Under the pieces are notes generated by a model. It ran no database searches. It was not told the DNA's origin and was given only the letters and a program-made list of their open reading frames with translations. DNA of 63,192 nt, filler included, from Chiloscyllium plagiosum (lineage: Eukaryota), in assembly GCF_004010195.1 (NCBI RefSeq). It is 4 parts of one record of this genome, joined end to end, with 100 filler letters (N's around TTAATTAATTAA, not from the genome) between each part and the next. Parts side by side here need not be neighbours in the genome. Positions count along the whole stretch, not along the records: positions 21,325 to 35,100 come from NC_057712.1; positions 35,201 to 55,901 come from NC_057712.1; 2 more parts are not named here. The stretch is one strand, 5' to 3'. The stretch's first letter is position 1, and every line of letters starts with the position of its first letter. Positions 22,876 through 35,515 of this stretch are shown here, in pieces. Position numbers and translations under genes: made by a program.

Positions 22876-24945
22876 AATTGCCTTTCCCCCAGCTGTAATT
22901 CTTGTCCAGTGGTATACACCTGTCCCTTTCTATCACTAAAGTAAACAAAACAGGATTGTGATCGCTATCACCAAAGTGCTCACCTACTTCCAAGTCTAAC
23001 ACCTGGCCGGGCTCATTACCCAGTACCAAATCTAATGTGGCTTCACCCCTTGTTGGCCTGTCTACATACTGTGTCAGGATGCCCTCCTGCACACAATGGA
23101 CAAAAACTGACCCATCTATAGCACTCATACTATAGTGTTCTCAGTCAATATTTGGAAAGTTGAAGTCCCCCATGACAACTACCCTGTCTCTCTCACTCCT
23201 ATCGAGAATCATCTTTGCTATCCTTTCCACTACATCTCTAGAACTATTCGGAGGCCTATAGAAAACTCCCAACCGGGTGACCTCCCCTTTCCTGTTTCTA
23301 ACCTCAGCCCATGCTACCTCAGTTGACGAGTCCCCAAACATCCTTTCTGCAACTGTAATACTGTCCTTGACCAACAATGCCACACCTCCCCCTCTTTTAC
23401 CATCTTCTCCGTTCTTGCTGAAACATCTAAATCCTGGAACCTGCAACAGCCATTCCTGTCCCTGCTCTATCCATGTCTCCGAAATGGCCACAATATCAAA
23501 GTTCCAGGTACCAACCTATGCTGCAAGTTCACCCACCTTATTCCAGATGCTCCTGGTGTTGAAGTAGACACATTTCAAACCAACTTCTTGCTTGCCGGTG
23601 CCATCTTGCGTCCCTAAAACTTGATTTTGGACCTCCCTACTCTCAACCTTTTCTATACTCGAACTACAATTTTGGTTCCCATCCCCCTGCTGGATTAGTT
23701 TAAACCCACCCCAATAGCCTTAGCAAATTTCCCTCCCAGGATATTGGTACCCCTCTGGTTCAGATGAAGACCATCCTGCTTATAGAGGTCCCACCTACCC
23801 CTGGAAGAGCCCAGTTATCCAAGAATCTAAAACCCTCCCTCCTGCACCATCCCTGTAACCACGTGTTCAACTCCTCTCTCTCCCTATTCCCCGCCTCACT
23901 AGCAGTGGCACGGGCAACAAACCAGAAACAACAACTCTGTTTGTCCTAGCTCCAAGCTTCCATCCTAGCTCCCTGAATTTCTGCCTTAAATCCCCATCTC
24001 TCTTCCTACCTACGTCGTTGGTGCCAATGTGGATCATGACTTGGGGCTGCTCCCCCTCCCCCTTAAGGATTCAAAATACACGATGAGAGGCATCACGAAC
24101 CCTGGCACCTGGGAGCAACACACCAACCGTGAGTCTCTCTCGTCCCCACAGAACCTCCTATCTGTCCCCCTAACTATGGAGTCCCCAATGACTACTGCTC
24201 TGCTCCTCTTCCCCCTTCCCTTCTGAGCAGGAGGGACAGACTCTGTGCCAGAGCCCTGTGCCCCACTGCTTTCCCCTGGTAAGTTGTCCCCCCCAACACT
24301 ATCCAAAACGGTATACTTATTATTGAGGGGAATAGCCACAGAGGATCCCTGCACTGCCTGCCAGTTCCCTTTCCGTCCCCCGACTGTAATCCATCTGCCT
24401 TTTTCTTGTGCCTGAGGAGTGACTACCTCCCTGTAACTCCTCTCAATAACCCCCTCTGCCTCCCGAATGATCCGAAGTTCATCCAGCTCTAGCTCCAGTT
24501 CCCTAACGCGGTTTTCGAGGAGCTGGAGTTGGGTGCACTTCCCACAGATGTGGTCAGCAGGGACACTAGTGGTGACCCTTACCTCCTACATTCTGCAGGA
24601 GGAACATTCAACTGCCCTCACCTCCATTCCCATGATTCTAAATCCCCAAAGAGACTATTGAAAAAATAAGGAATAAAAAAATAAACTCGTTACCTTACCA
24701 GTCTGGCGCACAGAACCTTTTGTTTTTGGTTAGAGGAGGAGGATGGGTGGGAGACTTTACCCGAGTAGTGTTTCGGGTAACGCACCCACACAAATATATG
24801 ACTTCCCAAAAGTCCTTCACTCCTCCCTCGCACCTCTCGGCAATTGGAGGCCCGACTCGCGAGGTAAGTCCATTTTAATGCAGGAAAACTCGCCCTTCCC
24901 GGCAGCCCTCGCTTCACCACTCCTACTCTCCTCACCGCTCTGGCA
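22875..24945 (-). mobile_element. 5' half of a CR1 LINE: 5'UTR, ORF1, ORF2 endonuclease
   Basis: ORF2: AISETW, RGGGV, YRPPN, GDFN, PTRGEATLDLVL, SDH. ORF1 is listed separately. Confidence 0.93.
23695..24633 (-). pseudogene. Disrupted CR1 ORF1 (zinc finger/leucine zipper plus SGNH esterase)
   Basis: ATG at 24633: MGMEVRAVECSSC..ICGKCTQLQLLENRVRELELEL; AVVIGDSIVRG esterase block; ends GLN-stop; internal stops and frameshifts. Confidence 0.85.
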
Positions 24946-24949
24946 AAAT

Positions 24950-25172
24950 GGCTGCATTTCTCTTGGCCAACCCATCTAACCTGCATATTACTAGACACTA
25001 ATGGGCAATTGAGCATGGCCAATCCACATAACCTTTGGACTATGGGAGGAAACCAACACAAGTGCGGGGAGAACGCGCAAACTCTACACAGACAGTTACC
25101 CAAGGGTGGGATCAAACTCAGATCCCTGGTGCTGTGAGACAGCAGTGCTAACCACTGAGCTATCGTGCCGTC
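24950..25172 (-). mobile_element. HE1-type V-SINE, 3'-truncated at the CR1 5' end
   Basis: Reverse complement of the HE1 head and V-domain. Confidence 0.85.
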
Positions 25173-25640
25173 CAATGCGTAACCTTTTGACTGGAAACTT
25201 GTTACCTGTAGAAATGGTACAGATCCATTGCCTATTGTCTATTGCTTGATTTGTGCACCATTTCTGATGAACACTCACGAATGAATACACATTTAAACAG
25301 AGGAACCCGAGTCTCAAAATTTTATAAAGAGGGAATAAAGGAATAAAATTACCTTTTCACTCCCTTTACAGAATTCTTGTCCAAAGAGCTCACAGCCTTC
25401 CTTGATTCTATAACACCCCACTCATACAGGGAAACTCTTCACCTGGAATCGACCCCGTACGGTTGAAAACAGATAAAACAGACCTTCCCCTTTAAAAGAT
25501 TCTAGTGAAAGATTGGGTGACTGGGCAGCTCCAGTAGGTTTTCCAATGCAGCTACAAAATGAGCAAGTATAAGACAGCACTGCGAGCTCAGATCAAACAA
25601 AGCTGGTCAGTTCCGTTTAACATCTCCTTCCAGAACACAA

Positions 25641-25950
25641 CGGCACAGTGGTTAGCACTGCTACCTCACAGTGCCAGAGACCTGGGTTCAATTCCCACCT
25701 CAGGCAACTGACAGTGTGGAGTTTGCCCATCCTCTCTATGTCTGCGTGGGTTTCCTCTGGGTGCTCTGGTTTCCTCCCACAGTCCAAAGATGTGCAGGTT
25801 AGGTGAATTGGCCATGCTAAATTGCCTGTAGTGTTGGGTGAAGGGGTAAATGTAGGAGAATGGATCTGGGTGGATTACTCTTTGGAGGGTCGGTGTGGAC
25901 TTGTTGTGCCGAAGGGCCTGTTTCCACACTGTAATTAATCTAATCTAATC
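25641..25950 (+). mobile_element. HE1-type V-SINE with (TAATC)n tail
   Basis: Homologous to 4642-4992. Confidence 0.9.
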
Positions 25951-26505
25951 AACACCAGACCTTAGGATTCCAACAGCGAGCTGCTAGCTGTCGGAGTTCT
26001 GTATCCTGCTGTCTATCACTTTTCCAACAACTTGTTACAAACTGAATCCTGGCCTCAATCACTTTTTCTATACCCCATTACTAATTGATGGCTGATCTCT
26101 AACAACCTTCTAGTAACCTGGCATCAGCTGAGTCTTTCTTCCTACACCTTTCCCATAAAGTATTACCTGTATCCGTGTGAAGGTGCAGGCATCTGTTGGA
26201 GACGCACAGGTTACAGACTTGATCTGTTACCTCACAATTTATAGCTATGCACGCTATTTGAGATATACCCCTTCTGACCGGTGAAGAGGAGGGTAGCCCA
26301 GTGGATATGGCCTTAGGTTAGCAATGCAGAAGTCGCATATTCAATAAAAGCAAAAGGTGATAGAAGTCGCAGGTTTGTTAGATAAACAAAGTGTCCTGAA
26401 GAACCTGAACAAGAGCTGTGGAGAAATCAATGTCAATGCTAGTGTTTCAAATCCAATATGATTATTCGTTCAAGCTTCAATCTAAGTTGGCAATCTGGGC
26501 CACCA

Positions 26506-26622
26506 GGAGAAAGTGAGGGTGCAGATGCTGGAGATCAGAGCTGAAAATGTGTTGCTGGAAAAGCGCAGCAGGTCAGGCAGCATCCAAGGAGCAGGAGAAT
26601 CGACGTTTCGGGCATGAGCCCT
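26506..26622 (-). mobile_element. PLE terminal-repeat fragment (family A), truncated within the hammerhead
   Basis: Matches 61371-61455 and the reverse complement of 61640-61761. Confidence 0.85.
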
Positions 26623-27344
26623 CTAAGGGAGGGCTGCACTGTTCGAGTTGCTGTTTATCTGTTGAGGCATCAAGCCAAAGTCATGGTTACCTTCTGTATG
26701 CATTGCAGAGCATCACACAATGCATCATCTAAAACCTGAAAGAGCTGCGGGCGTTGTAAATCAGAAACAAGAATAGAAATTGCTGGAAATGCTCAACACG
26801 TCTGGCAGCATCTGTGGAGAGAAATCAAAGTTAACGTTTCAGGTTTGAATAGCAGAGCAATTTAGATTCTGAAAATCGCGTCAAGAGACAAAGCAGTTTA
26901 AACAGAGCACAGAGAGCTGGGAATGGTTTAATTCTGAATGCAGAACTGGGATAGGAGGCAGAGTCTGAAAAAGATCCAAAAATACATCTCAGGAAATCTG
27001 TAGGTTTACTGCTCGGTGAGAGGGAGTAGCTTAAAGGTTAAAAAAAGTGTTGCACTGTTTGGAAAGAAGGAACAGCTCCTTGAATTTCTCAAAAGAATAC
27101 TAGGATAAGGAAGGCAAAATCAGTCATATCATAAAATAGATATAAAAATGTAAAATAAAGTAAAACTGGAGGAAAATGAAGTTATGGAGGTGACTACACC
27201 ACAAATTAGAAGCAGACAGGCCGAAAGGGAATGGGTGACTATTACAGCAGTCCCCGAAGTTGAACATGTTTGACAATTGGTCTGTCATTTTATAAATTAA
27301 CAAGGGTGAGGGCTTCTCAGGGCAGTGCAGCCAGAGAAGAGTCC

Positions 27345-27630
27345 ATAGATATATCTCAGGTACAGCAGCCCACTTGACTGGGTTTCCATTCACCACCTTA
27401 AACATCCACTCCATCCACCACCGATGGGTGGGAGTAGCAGGCTGTACTATCTACAAGGTGTAATGCAGCAACTCTCGAAGGTTCCTTGGACAGTATCTTT
27501 CAAACCCACGACTTCGACCATCTAGAAGGACAAGGGCAGCAGATGCATGGAGGGGGGGAATCACCCTTTGCACGAGTCCCCTCCAAGTCACTCACCATCC
27601 AGACTTGGAAATATGTGGCTGTCCCTTCAT
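27345..27630 (+). mobile_element. Ancient CR1/L2-superclade LINE 3' fragment (related ~1900-2040, 28460-28960, 39870-40230, 40815-41230, 44450-45000, 48440-49125, 59700-59800)
   Basis: Shared catccactccatccaccacc..tctacaagg..agaaggacaagggcagcagatgcatgg motifs; LEYSPLAWLSA in minus ORF 48528..48791. Confidence 0.6.
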
Positions 27631-29187
27631 GCAGTAAACAGCAATGACCTGGAGCACAAAGCCTGGCAGCTTGTTGGCCATGAGATCAATCCTTCAAAAG
27701 CGAATTGGACCTTTATCTGAATAAGAGATAATTGCAATGCAAAATACAGGGAAGTGGCACAGCGTGAATTGCTCCTTCAGATAAGATGGGCCGAACGACC
27801 TCCTCTGTACTCTGATGAATCCATGGCTCTAATTCAGTGTATGCAGCATAATGCAGTAGGGTCAACGTCTAGGATTGTGTACACTGGAGCTGCAGTAGCA
27901 ATGTCAGGGCAGAGCTGCTTTCACTACAGCTCCAGGCTGGGATCACAAGGGCAGCTGATATCACCCGATATGATTTGCTTTCGAGTTCATTGTTTTCTCA
28001 TTATGTAAAGAGTTCAAGACTGATTATTCCACTGAGCGACAAGAGGATAATGTTTTGCAAACAAAATCGAATGCTGAAGCTGCATCCATTGCAGATAAAA
28101 CCTTTCTGTGGTCACATGGAAACCAAAGTAAATGTTCTTTCACATGCAGTTTTATGAAGGAGGCTTCTGAGGTTGTCAGACACTAATTCAATCGAGAGGT
28201 TCATCTGAAGACACTGCAGTGCTTTGTTTGCGGCAGATGAAATCTTTTGATTAGATTAACATTTGATTGGTCTTGAATCCACTGATACTGAGTAGATAGG
28301 ATTTTTAAATGTATGAAATAACTTGCCTAACCCCTGGAGACTGATAGTCAAGCTGGAATAGATGCTACAAATTAATCTTCTACCTAGAGAGATTTGTTCA
28401 GTGATGAGTCTTGACATAGGGATCAAAGTTGTGATGATTACTGCAGCTGAATTCCTGATAAGTTGATCAACATCAAATGTTGATCAGAAACTGAACTGAA
28501 CCACACAAAAGCTGAGGCTACAAGAGCAGGTCAGAGGCTGGGAATTCTGTGGGGAGTAACTCACCTCCTCTCTCTCCTTAGTGACTCCTCCATGTACAAG
28601 ATATAACGCAGGACTGTGATAGAATGCTCTCCACTTGCGAGAGAGAGCAGCTCCAACAGCACTCAAGAAGCTCAGCACCATTCAAGGCAAAGGACCTGGC
28701 ATCATATTACTAACTCTAGTATCCCCTCCCTTCACCAGTGAGTCACAATAACAGTAGTATGTACCTTCTAGAAGATGCATAGCAGCATCAAGGTTCCATT
28801 GATAGCAACTTCCAAATTCCTGCTCTCTGACACTTTGAACGACGAGAGCATCTGACACATAGGAATGGGATATTCCCTTCAGGAATATTGGTGTTTCTTC
28901 TCTGTCAGTGGATCAAAGTCCTGGCACTCACTTCCCTGACCATCCTATGGGTGTACACCACATGGCAGTTATCATTTCAAGTTGGTGGATAATGTCCAGC
29001 TTTTCGAGAGCAGTTTGGGATGAGAAACAACTTCTGATTTTGCCACAACAATTCCATTGTGTGAAGGAATAGAAGGAAAGTATTCCAGGTGCATTGTGCA
29101 GTGACAGTGAAAATCTCTTGTATTCTCTGACCCGGCATAGCTGGGTTGCCAATGGATGCCGTGATGCCATGTTAATACTTAAGAGTA

Positions 29188-29411
29188 CAGGTAGTTCTTT
29201 TATAACGCAATGGTTCCATTCTTCTGTGACCTTGCGCTATGCAAAAATTGTGCAATAAAAATAATACTTAAAGTATGGGTGATGCAAACATGCTACATCC
29301 AACATGTGTTTTAAAAGTTTGTGGTTTAGAAACAGTGTCCCCTATTCATCAATCACATTACAGCCAATTCGCATTGACGAAAATGCTTATTATAACAGAA
29401 CAAATGGTTTG
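29188..29411. mobile_element. Probable Tigger/pogo-like MITE
   Basis: TA|CAGGTAGTTCTTTTATAACGC ... TTATAACAGAAC..TTG|TA: imperfect TIRs and TA flanks. Confidence 0.45.
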
Positions 29412-30959
29412 TACCCAGAGAATCAGGGGAAACGGCTTGTCTTGCCAGCCCTCTCCCTAACTGCGTTATCTCTGGTGCTCCTCAAGGCTCGTCTTCATCA
29501 ACATGGCATCCTATTAGCGCAATCTTCAGATGCTTGGTCACTTTCCTCGGGTACGTCTCCATAGTCTCACCTCGATGATGTACTACCCCCCAACACCCAG
29601 AATTGGCTCAGCAGCAATTTCCTCTTGTTAAACATCAGGTGGGTAAAGATCGCGATGCCACCTCTGACCCTGTTGTATTGTCACCAATTGCCACTGGGGC
29701 AGAAATAATGAAGCAACCACTGATCCAGATGTTCACAACTTCAGTGCAAACTTGAGCTGAGCTTGAAACCCAGTGGGTTCCCGACATCGTAGACCTTGTA
29801 CCTCCATTATCTTTCATTCACAGACAGGCAACCTTGCATCTCATTCAGTTGGGCAATGTGCTCACATTTTTACAGACCTATCCTGATACGGGACCAACTG
29901 ACCTTGGATGTCACTGGGACAATAGAGACATCCCATTGATTTTCCAATCCGGATCAAAAGTTCCTGAGGCGTAAAGCAGATGATAGCATATTGGTTGAAT
30001 CTCTGCAATTTTTCAGATGGCAGCCAGTTATCAGTCTCTATTCCTATAACGCTCAGCCCGTTTTGTACCACAGAAGCATTTATCCCTATTTTACTGTGAT
30101 TAGATGCAACATAAACATGGAGTCCAGTCCACAGCTACTGTGAGTCAAAGAGGAACCTTTAATTCTGAATCTTGCAAGGCTCACAAACTGAAACTGAAAT
30201 TGCTGAAGAAACTCAGCAGGTCTGTCAGCACCTGTGGAGAGAAAGCAGGGTTAACGTTTCGGGTCCAATGACCATTCTTCAGAAGAGACCTGAAACGCTA
30301 ACTCTGTTCCTCTCTCCACAGATGTTGCCAGACCTGCTGAGTTTCTCCAGAAATTCCTCTTTTTTTAGATTTCCACAGTTCTTTATTTTATTTCAGTGTA
30401 ACCATTCAGATTCCTCTCACAAACCAAGTTAGACACTGAGGTGTACAGTCTGCAATTATCCTTCTGAGACGATCTATCTGACAGTAATTGTATTATAACT
30501 GTGCAGTTCTCATTCTATGATTTCTGCGCACTGGATTTCAGAGTCTGGTCACTTTCAGCTGCTGATTATACCTCAGTGCGGTGCGAGGGATAAAATCCTG
30601 CATCCCTTCCACCTCCACTATGCTGGAGGGCCTGGGAATGCTTACTGAAGACAGCAGCAAACACACATGAAGATCGACACAGAAAGCCAAGTGCAATGAA
30701 ACTCCTGTCAATATCACAAAGCTTTTTGTTACTGGTTTTCCTGTTCCTTTTAAACATTAAATGTTATTTTCTTGGTTAATGGTAAGCGTAATGATTTTCC
30801 TTTTCTCTTTTAAAGATTTTTAATATCACTGTTACTTTAAAACTGCCGTGCGTAATTAGTTTTTCTGATGCATTGCCATTTAACGATTTTTGGAGAATGA
30901 GTGTGGGCGACAGAACTGGGTGAGCGACTGGGCCTGAGGTAATGATGAAGGAGTAGGTG

Positions 30960-31452
30960 CCATAGGAAGGATGTTATTAAATTAGAAAGGATACAAAAAA
31001 AATACCAGGATGTTGCTGGGACTGGAGGATTTGAGTTATGTGGACAGGCTGGATAGGCTGGGACTTGTTTCCATGGAGTGTAGGAGGCTGAGGGGTGACC
31101 TTATACAGGTTTATAAAAACATGAGGGGCATCAATAAGTTGAATAGTCAAGGTCTTTTCCACAGAGTAGAGGAGTCCAAAACTAGGGGGCAGAGGTTTAA
31201 GGTGAGAGGGGAAAGATTTAAAAGAAACTTGAGGGGCAACATTTTCACGCAGGGGATGGTGCGTGTTCGGAACAAGCTGCCAGAAGATTTGGCAGAAGCA
31301 CGTACAATTTAAAAGACATTTGGACAGATATATGGATTGGAAAGATATAGAGGGATACGAGCCAAACACAGGCAAAAGGGACTAGTCCAGTTTAGGAAAC
31401 TTGGCCAGCATGCACGAGTTGGGCCGAAGGGTCTGTTTCCATGACTCTATAA
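30960..31452 (+). mobile_element. CR1 LINE 3' fragment
   Basis: RRLRGDLIQVYK..RGNIFTQGMV..LPE. Confidence 0.9.
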
Positions 31453-32894
31453 CTCACCTGAATCTATGGTGGTGTAAGGGTGGTAAGTTGGCAGGTAAGG
31501 TTGCAAGTTGTTCGCCTTGCAGGGTAGTAGTTGGGTAGAATAGGAGGGTGGTAGGTGGGTAAGGTGGTAAGACATGAAGGTGACAATATGTTAAAATAGT
31601 AGGTTTATGGGATGGTAGGGTGTGTGGTGTGGCAGACTCATAGATCAGGACTTAAGGTATATGAGGAGCATTCTTGCTGGGAGACAGTATGGGAGGGGAG
31701 ATTGGAGACTACTGGAGGGAAATCTACCCAAGCAGGGGTTGGTGATAGAGTCGGGGTCAGATAGTGAGGGGTAAGATCAGATTGGGTTGGGTATGCATTG
31801 TTTCAGATCTGGGGGATTAGTCAGGGATTGAGTCCCTGTTGGGCAATGTGGAGGAGGAGACAGCATTGGATGACAACAGTGGGGTCAGTCTGGGGTGGGG
31901 GGTGGTGGTGGTGGGATAATGTTGACAGTTAACCAGGAATCAAAGTGAGTTTTACATAACGATTCACATAAATGAATCACAACCAGCCAAAACCTCCAAC
32001 TTGATCTTAGACTTGGGGAATTTTCAAGATGCTCCCAGACACAGAGTAAGTTCCCAGGCAATTCCCACAGAGTCATGTGTTCTGAGGCATCCGCCTGGTC
32101 CTGATACCAAACTCCTGTCCGCATTGCTGCAGCAGGCAGCTTCCGAGTGCAGGATCTGGGACCTTCCTTCCTTCTGTGTTACCCAGCTATCTTCGGCCCT
32201 CACAAGCTTACTCCAAGCCTCCCTGTTTGCAGCTCAGAGCCAATTGGCTTAATTTGGCACTTGTTCTGTTTTAGGTAAAGCAGCCCTTCATTGTTTTCCA
32301 CAGCTTTCTTCCAACACAGATTTCTTCCTTCTCCTAACAGCTTGCGGATTATGCTGAGGGCTCCTTTTTGTTTTGGAGCAGTGGAGAGCTGACAGAGCCC
32401 GTTCTGCAAGCCTGTTCTACCGCAGTTTGCTGTGTTCGTTAGATGAACGATGTACGCAGCGGGTCCCAGCTTCATTCCAGGCACTTCAGCAAGAATCTTA
32501 AATACTCAGCAACAACTAGACCCCATTCAACATCTCTTACTGAACTCCTTGGCATTGCATGACCCAATGAGGCTGCTTCTGAAAGTAACCAAGACCATTC
32601 AGCTGCCTGCTGTCTGAATCTGTGGGTCACCCCTGATGGATTCTGTTTTCAAGACCAAAGTGATGTCAGAATTTCTAACAGCGACCTGCACCAAACAAGG
32701 GAGTGTTGCCTTGTCAATAGAATGGCACTTTGATCAGATGTTGACCTGAGAGGGCATCCCCCTGCTCAGCATTAAACTTTAATGAAACTAGAACCAGGAA
32801 ATTACAGAGTTAACATTCTGGAAGGATTTGATCGATTGGGCCGAATGAGGTTCTTCACTCAGACCTGTCCTGTTGTGCTATGTCTCCTGAATCA

Positions 32895-33830
32895 CATCCA
32901 AGTTCAGTGGTTGATCGGGAAGCTAAGTGGAACGCTGGCCTTTATCTCAAAGGGGAGATTCATAAATAGAAGGAAGCTTTCCTCAAACTGTACAAGGAAT
33001 TAGTCAGTTCACAGCTGGAGTACTGTGAATAGCTTTGAGCCCCTTATCCAAGGAAACAAATGCAGGCAGGCAGTCCTCAACTTTCTTCCAGTTGATTATA
33101 ACCTTACAGTGAAGCCTCTTCTAAGGATGCCTACCTTGAAGCTCTCCCCCTCCCTCTCCAAGGATCGCGGTGACTGTCCCTCCCATTTATCTCTAAGCCC
33201 CCTTGCACCACCCCCTCATTCCTGATGAAAGGCTTATGCTCAAAACGTCAATTCTCCTGCTCCTCGGATGCTGCCTGACCGGCTGCGCTTTTCCAGCACC
33301 GCACTCTCCAACTCTGATCTGCAGCATCTGCAGTCCTCACTTTCTCCATGATCCAGAGTAGGTTCGCTAAGGTAATACCAAATATAGCGGGACTGTCTTA
33401 TGAGAAGGTGAATAGTTTAGGCCTGTATTCATTGAAGTTCAGAAGAGTGAGAGGTGACCTTATTGAAATATAGAAGATTCTTAGGGGGCTTGAGAGGGTA
33501 AATGCAGACAGATTATTTCCCGTTGTAGGAAAGTCTAGGACCAGAGGACATAATCTCAGAATAAAGGGTCATAACATTTAAGTCAGAGACAAGGAGGAAT
33601 TGCCTCCCTCAGAGAGTAATGAAATCTTGTCCACAGAAGAATGGACCTTTAAGTATATTCAAGGCTGAGACAGACAGATTTTTAATCAGAAAGGGAATCA
33701 AGAGTTAGGGAGGAAAGTGGAGTTGAGGATTACCAGATCAGCCATGATCTCATTGAATGGTGGAGCAGACTCGATGGGCTGAATGGCCTATTTCAGCTCC
33801 AATGTCTGACGTTCTTATGGTCTGACTTAT
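32895..33830 (+). mobile_element. Older CR1 3' fragment interrupted by a PLE at ~33070-33350
   Basis: ctggagtactgtgaatag (LEYC) before the insert; gagaggtgaccttattgaa (RGDLIE) after it. Confidence 0.75.
33070..33350 (+). mobile_element. Internally deleted PLE (family A)
   Basis: gcagtcctca(a)ctttct at both ends; CTGATGA-aaggcttatgctc-AAAAC, a mutated hammerhead. Confidence 0.75.
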
Positions 33831-33945
33831 GACTGCAATGTTACTGTTTATCAGGAAGTGTTATGGATGTCTGTTGAATATGTCAGCACCACAAAACATA
33901 CCTTTACTTCTGATGTTACAGGAACTGGTACATGCCTTGTCAAAG

Positions 33946-34326
33946 GGACTTATTTCCCTGGAACGTCGGGAGGCTGAGGGGTGACCTTATAGAAGTTTAT
34001 AAAATCATGAGGGGCATGGATAGGGTAAATAGTCAATGTCTTTTCCCTGGGGTAGGGGAGTCCATAATTAGAGGGCATAGGTTTAAGGTGAGGGGGAAAG
34101 ATTTAAAAGGGACCTGAGGACAAACTTCTTCCTTGTGTATAGAATGAGCTGCCAAAGGAAGTGGTAGAAGTGTGAAAGGTATTTGGACAGGGACATAAAT
34201 AGGAAAGGTTTAGAAGGATAGAAGCCAAATACAGGCAAATGGACTAGTTGAGTTGAGGAAACGGGGTCAGCATGGACGAGTTGGGCCGAAGGGCTTGTTT
34301 CCTGGCTGCTTACCTCTATGACCCTG
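33946..34326 (+). mobile_element. CR1 LINE 3' fragment
   Basis: RLRGDLIEVYKIMRGMDRV. Confidence 0.9.
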
Positions 34327-34844
34327 TTAAGTACAGATGCCCTGCTGGAAGCAAAAATCTTCTCTATGGTGAAAGGTCATGGGTAACACGAGAGGTGAGT
34401 TATAAAACAATCCAAGAACCCCGTGGTAAACTTCTGAAAATCTCATTGAAGATGAACGAAGCAACAGCCCTGGGCATCAAAGCATTTGGACATTTTAATA
34501 TTTAAATTTTAACATTTTAACAGTTCCAATTACTGTGAGTAGAAATCTGTAAATTGATCAACCAGATGGCAATGCTATTTTCTTTCTGCTTAAAATTTAA
34601 ATTCTATTCAGTATGAAGACCACCCGGCTTAAAATAAAAGCAAGCTGATAGTTTGCTCTTTGATTTAAAAGAACAAAAAAAGGCAATCAGAAATGCCAAA
34701 CTCTCCTGATGAAGTTACAGATTTTAAAACACTAAAAACAGCTTCATACACAAAGCAGATTTCAGAAAGTCTTGTCTCTCTTTTAGTACTTAAAGCTATT
34801 TAACTGTTTCAAAGCACTTGACAAGAAAAGTTTCGAACAACGAG

Positions 34845-35100
34845 AATCCAGAGAAAGCATATTCCTGTCAGGGTGAAAGGAAAGGCTGGTAGGTACAGGG
34901 AATGCTGGATGACTAAAGAAATTGAGGATTTGGTTAAGAAAAAGAAGGAAGCATATGTAAGGTATAGACAGGATAGATCAAGTGAATCCTTAGAAGAGTA
35001 TAAAGGAAGTAGGAGTATACTTAAGAGGGAAATCAGGAGGGCAAAAAGGGGACATGAGATAGCTTTGGCAAATAGAATTAAGGAGAATCCAAAGGGTTTT
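34845..35100 (+). mobile_element. CR1 ORF2 internal fragment (same family as 56002-56160)
   Basis: WMTKEIEDLVKKKKEAY..KENPKGF. Confidence 0.9.
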
Positions 35101-35200
35101 NNNNNNNNNNNNNNNNNNNNNNNNNNNNNNNNNNNNNNNNNNNNTTAATTAATTAANNNNNNNNNNNNNNNNNNNNNNNNNNNNNNNNNNNNNNNNNNNN

Positions 35201-35515
35201 AGCCTCTACACGCAACTTCCCACTACTATCCTTGGCTGGACCTATTCCTACCCTAGTCATTCTTTTATTCCTGTCATACCTATAGAAAGCCTTAGGGTTT
35301 TCCCTAATCCTACCAACTAAGGACTTTTCATGTCCCCTCCTTGCTGCTCTTAGCTCTCTCTTCAGGTCCTTCCTGGCTACCTTATAACTCTCAATCGCCC
35401 CAATTGAACCTTCACGCCTCATCTTTACATAGGCCGCCCTCTTCCATTTAACAAGGGATTCCAATTCCTTTTTAAACCACGGCTCCCTCACACGACCCTT
35501 TCCTCCCTGCCTGAC
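35201..35515 (-). mobile_element. CR1 ORF2 fragment, young subfamily
   Basis: EPWFKKELESLVKWKRAAY..RENPKAFYRY. Confidence 0.9.
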
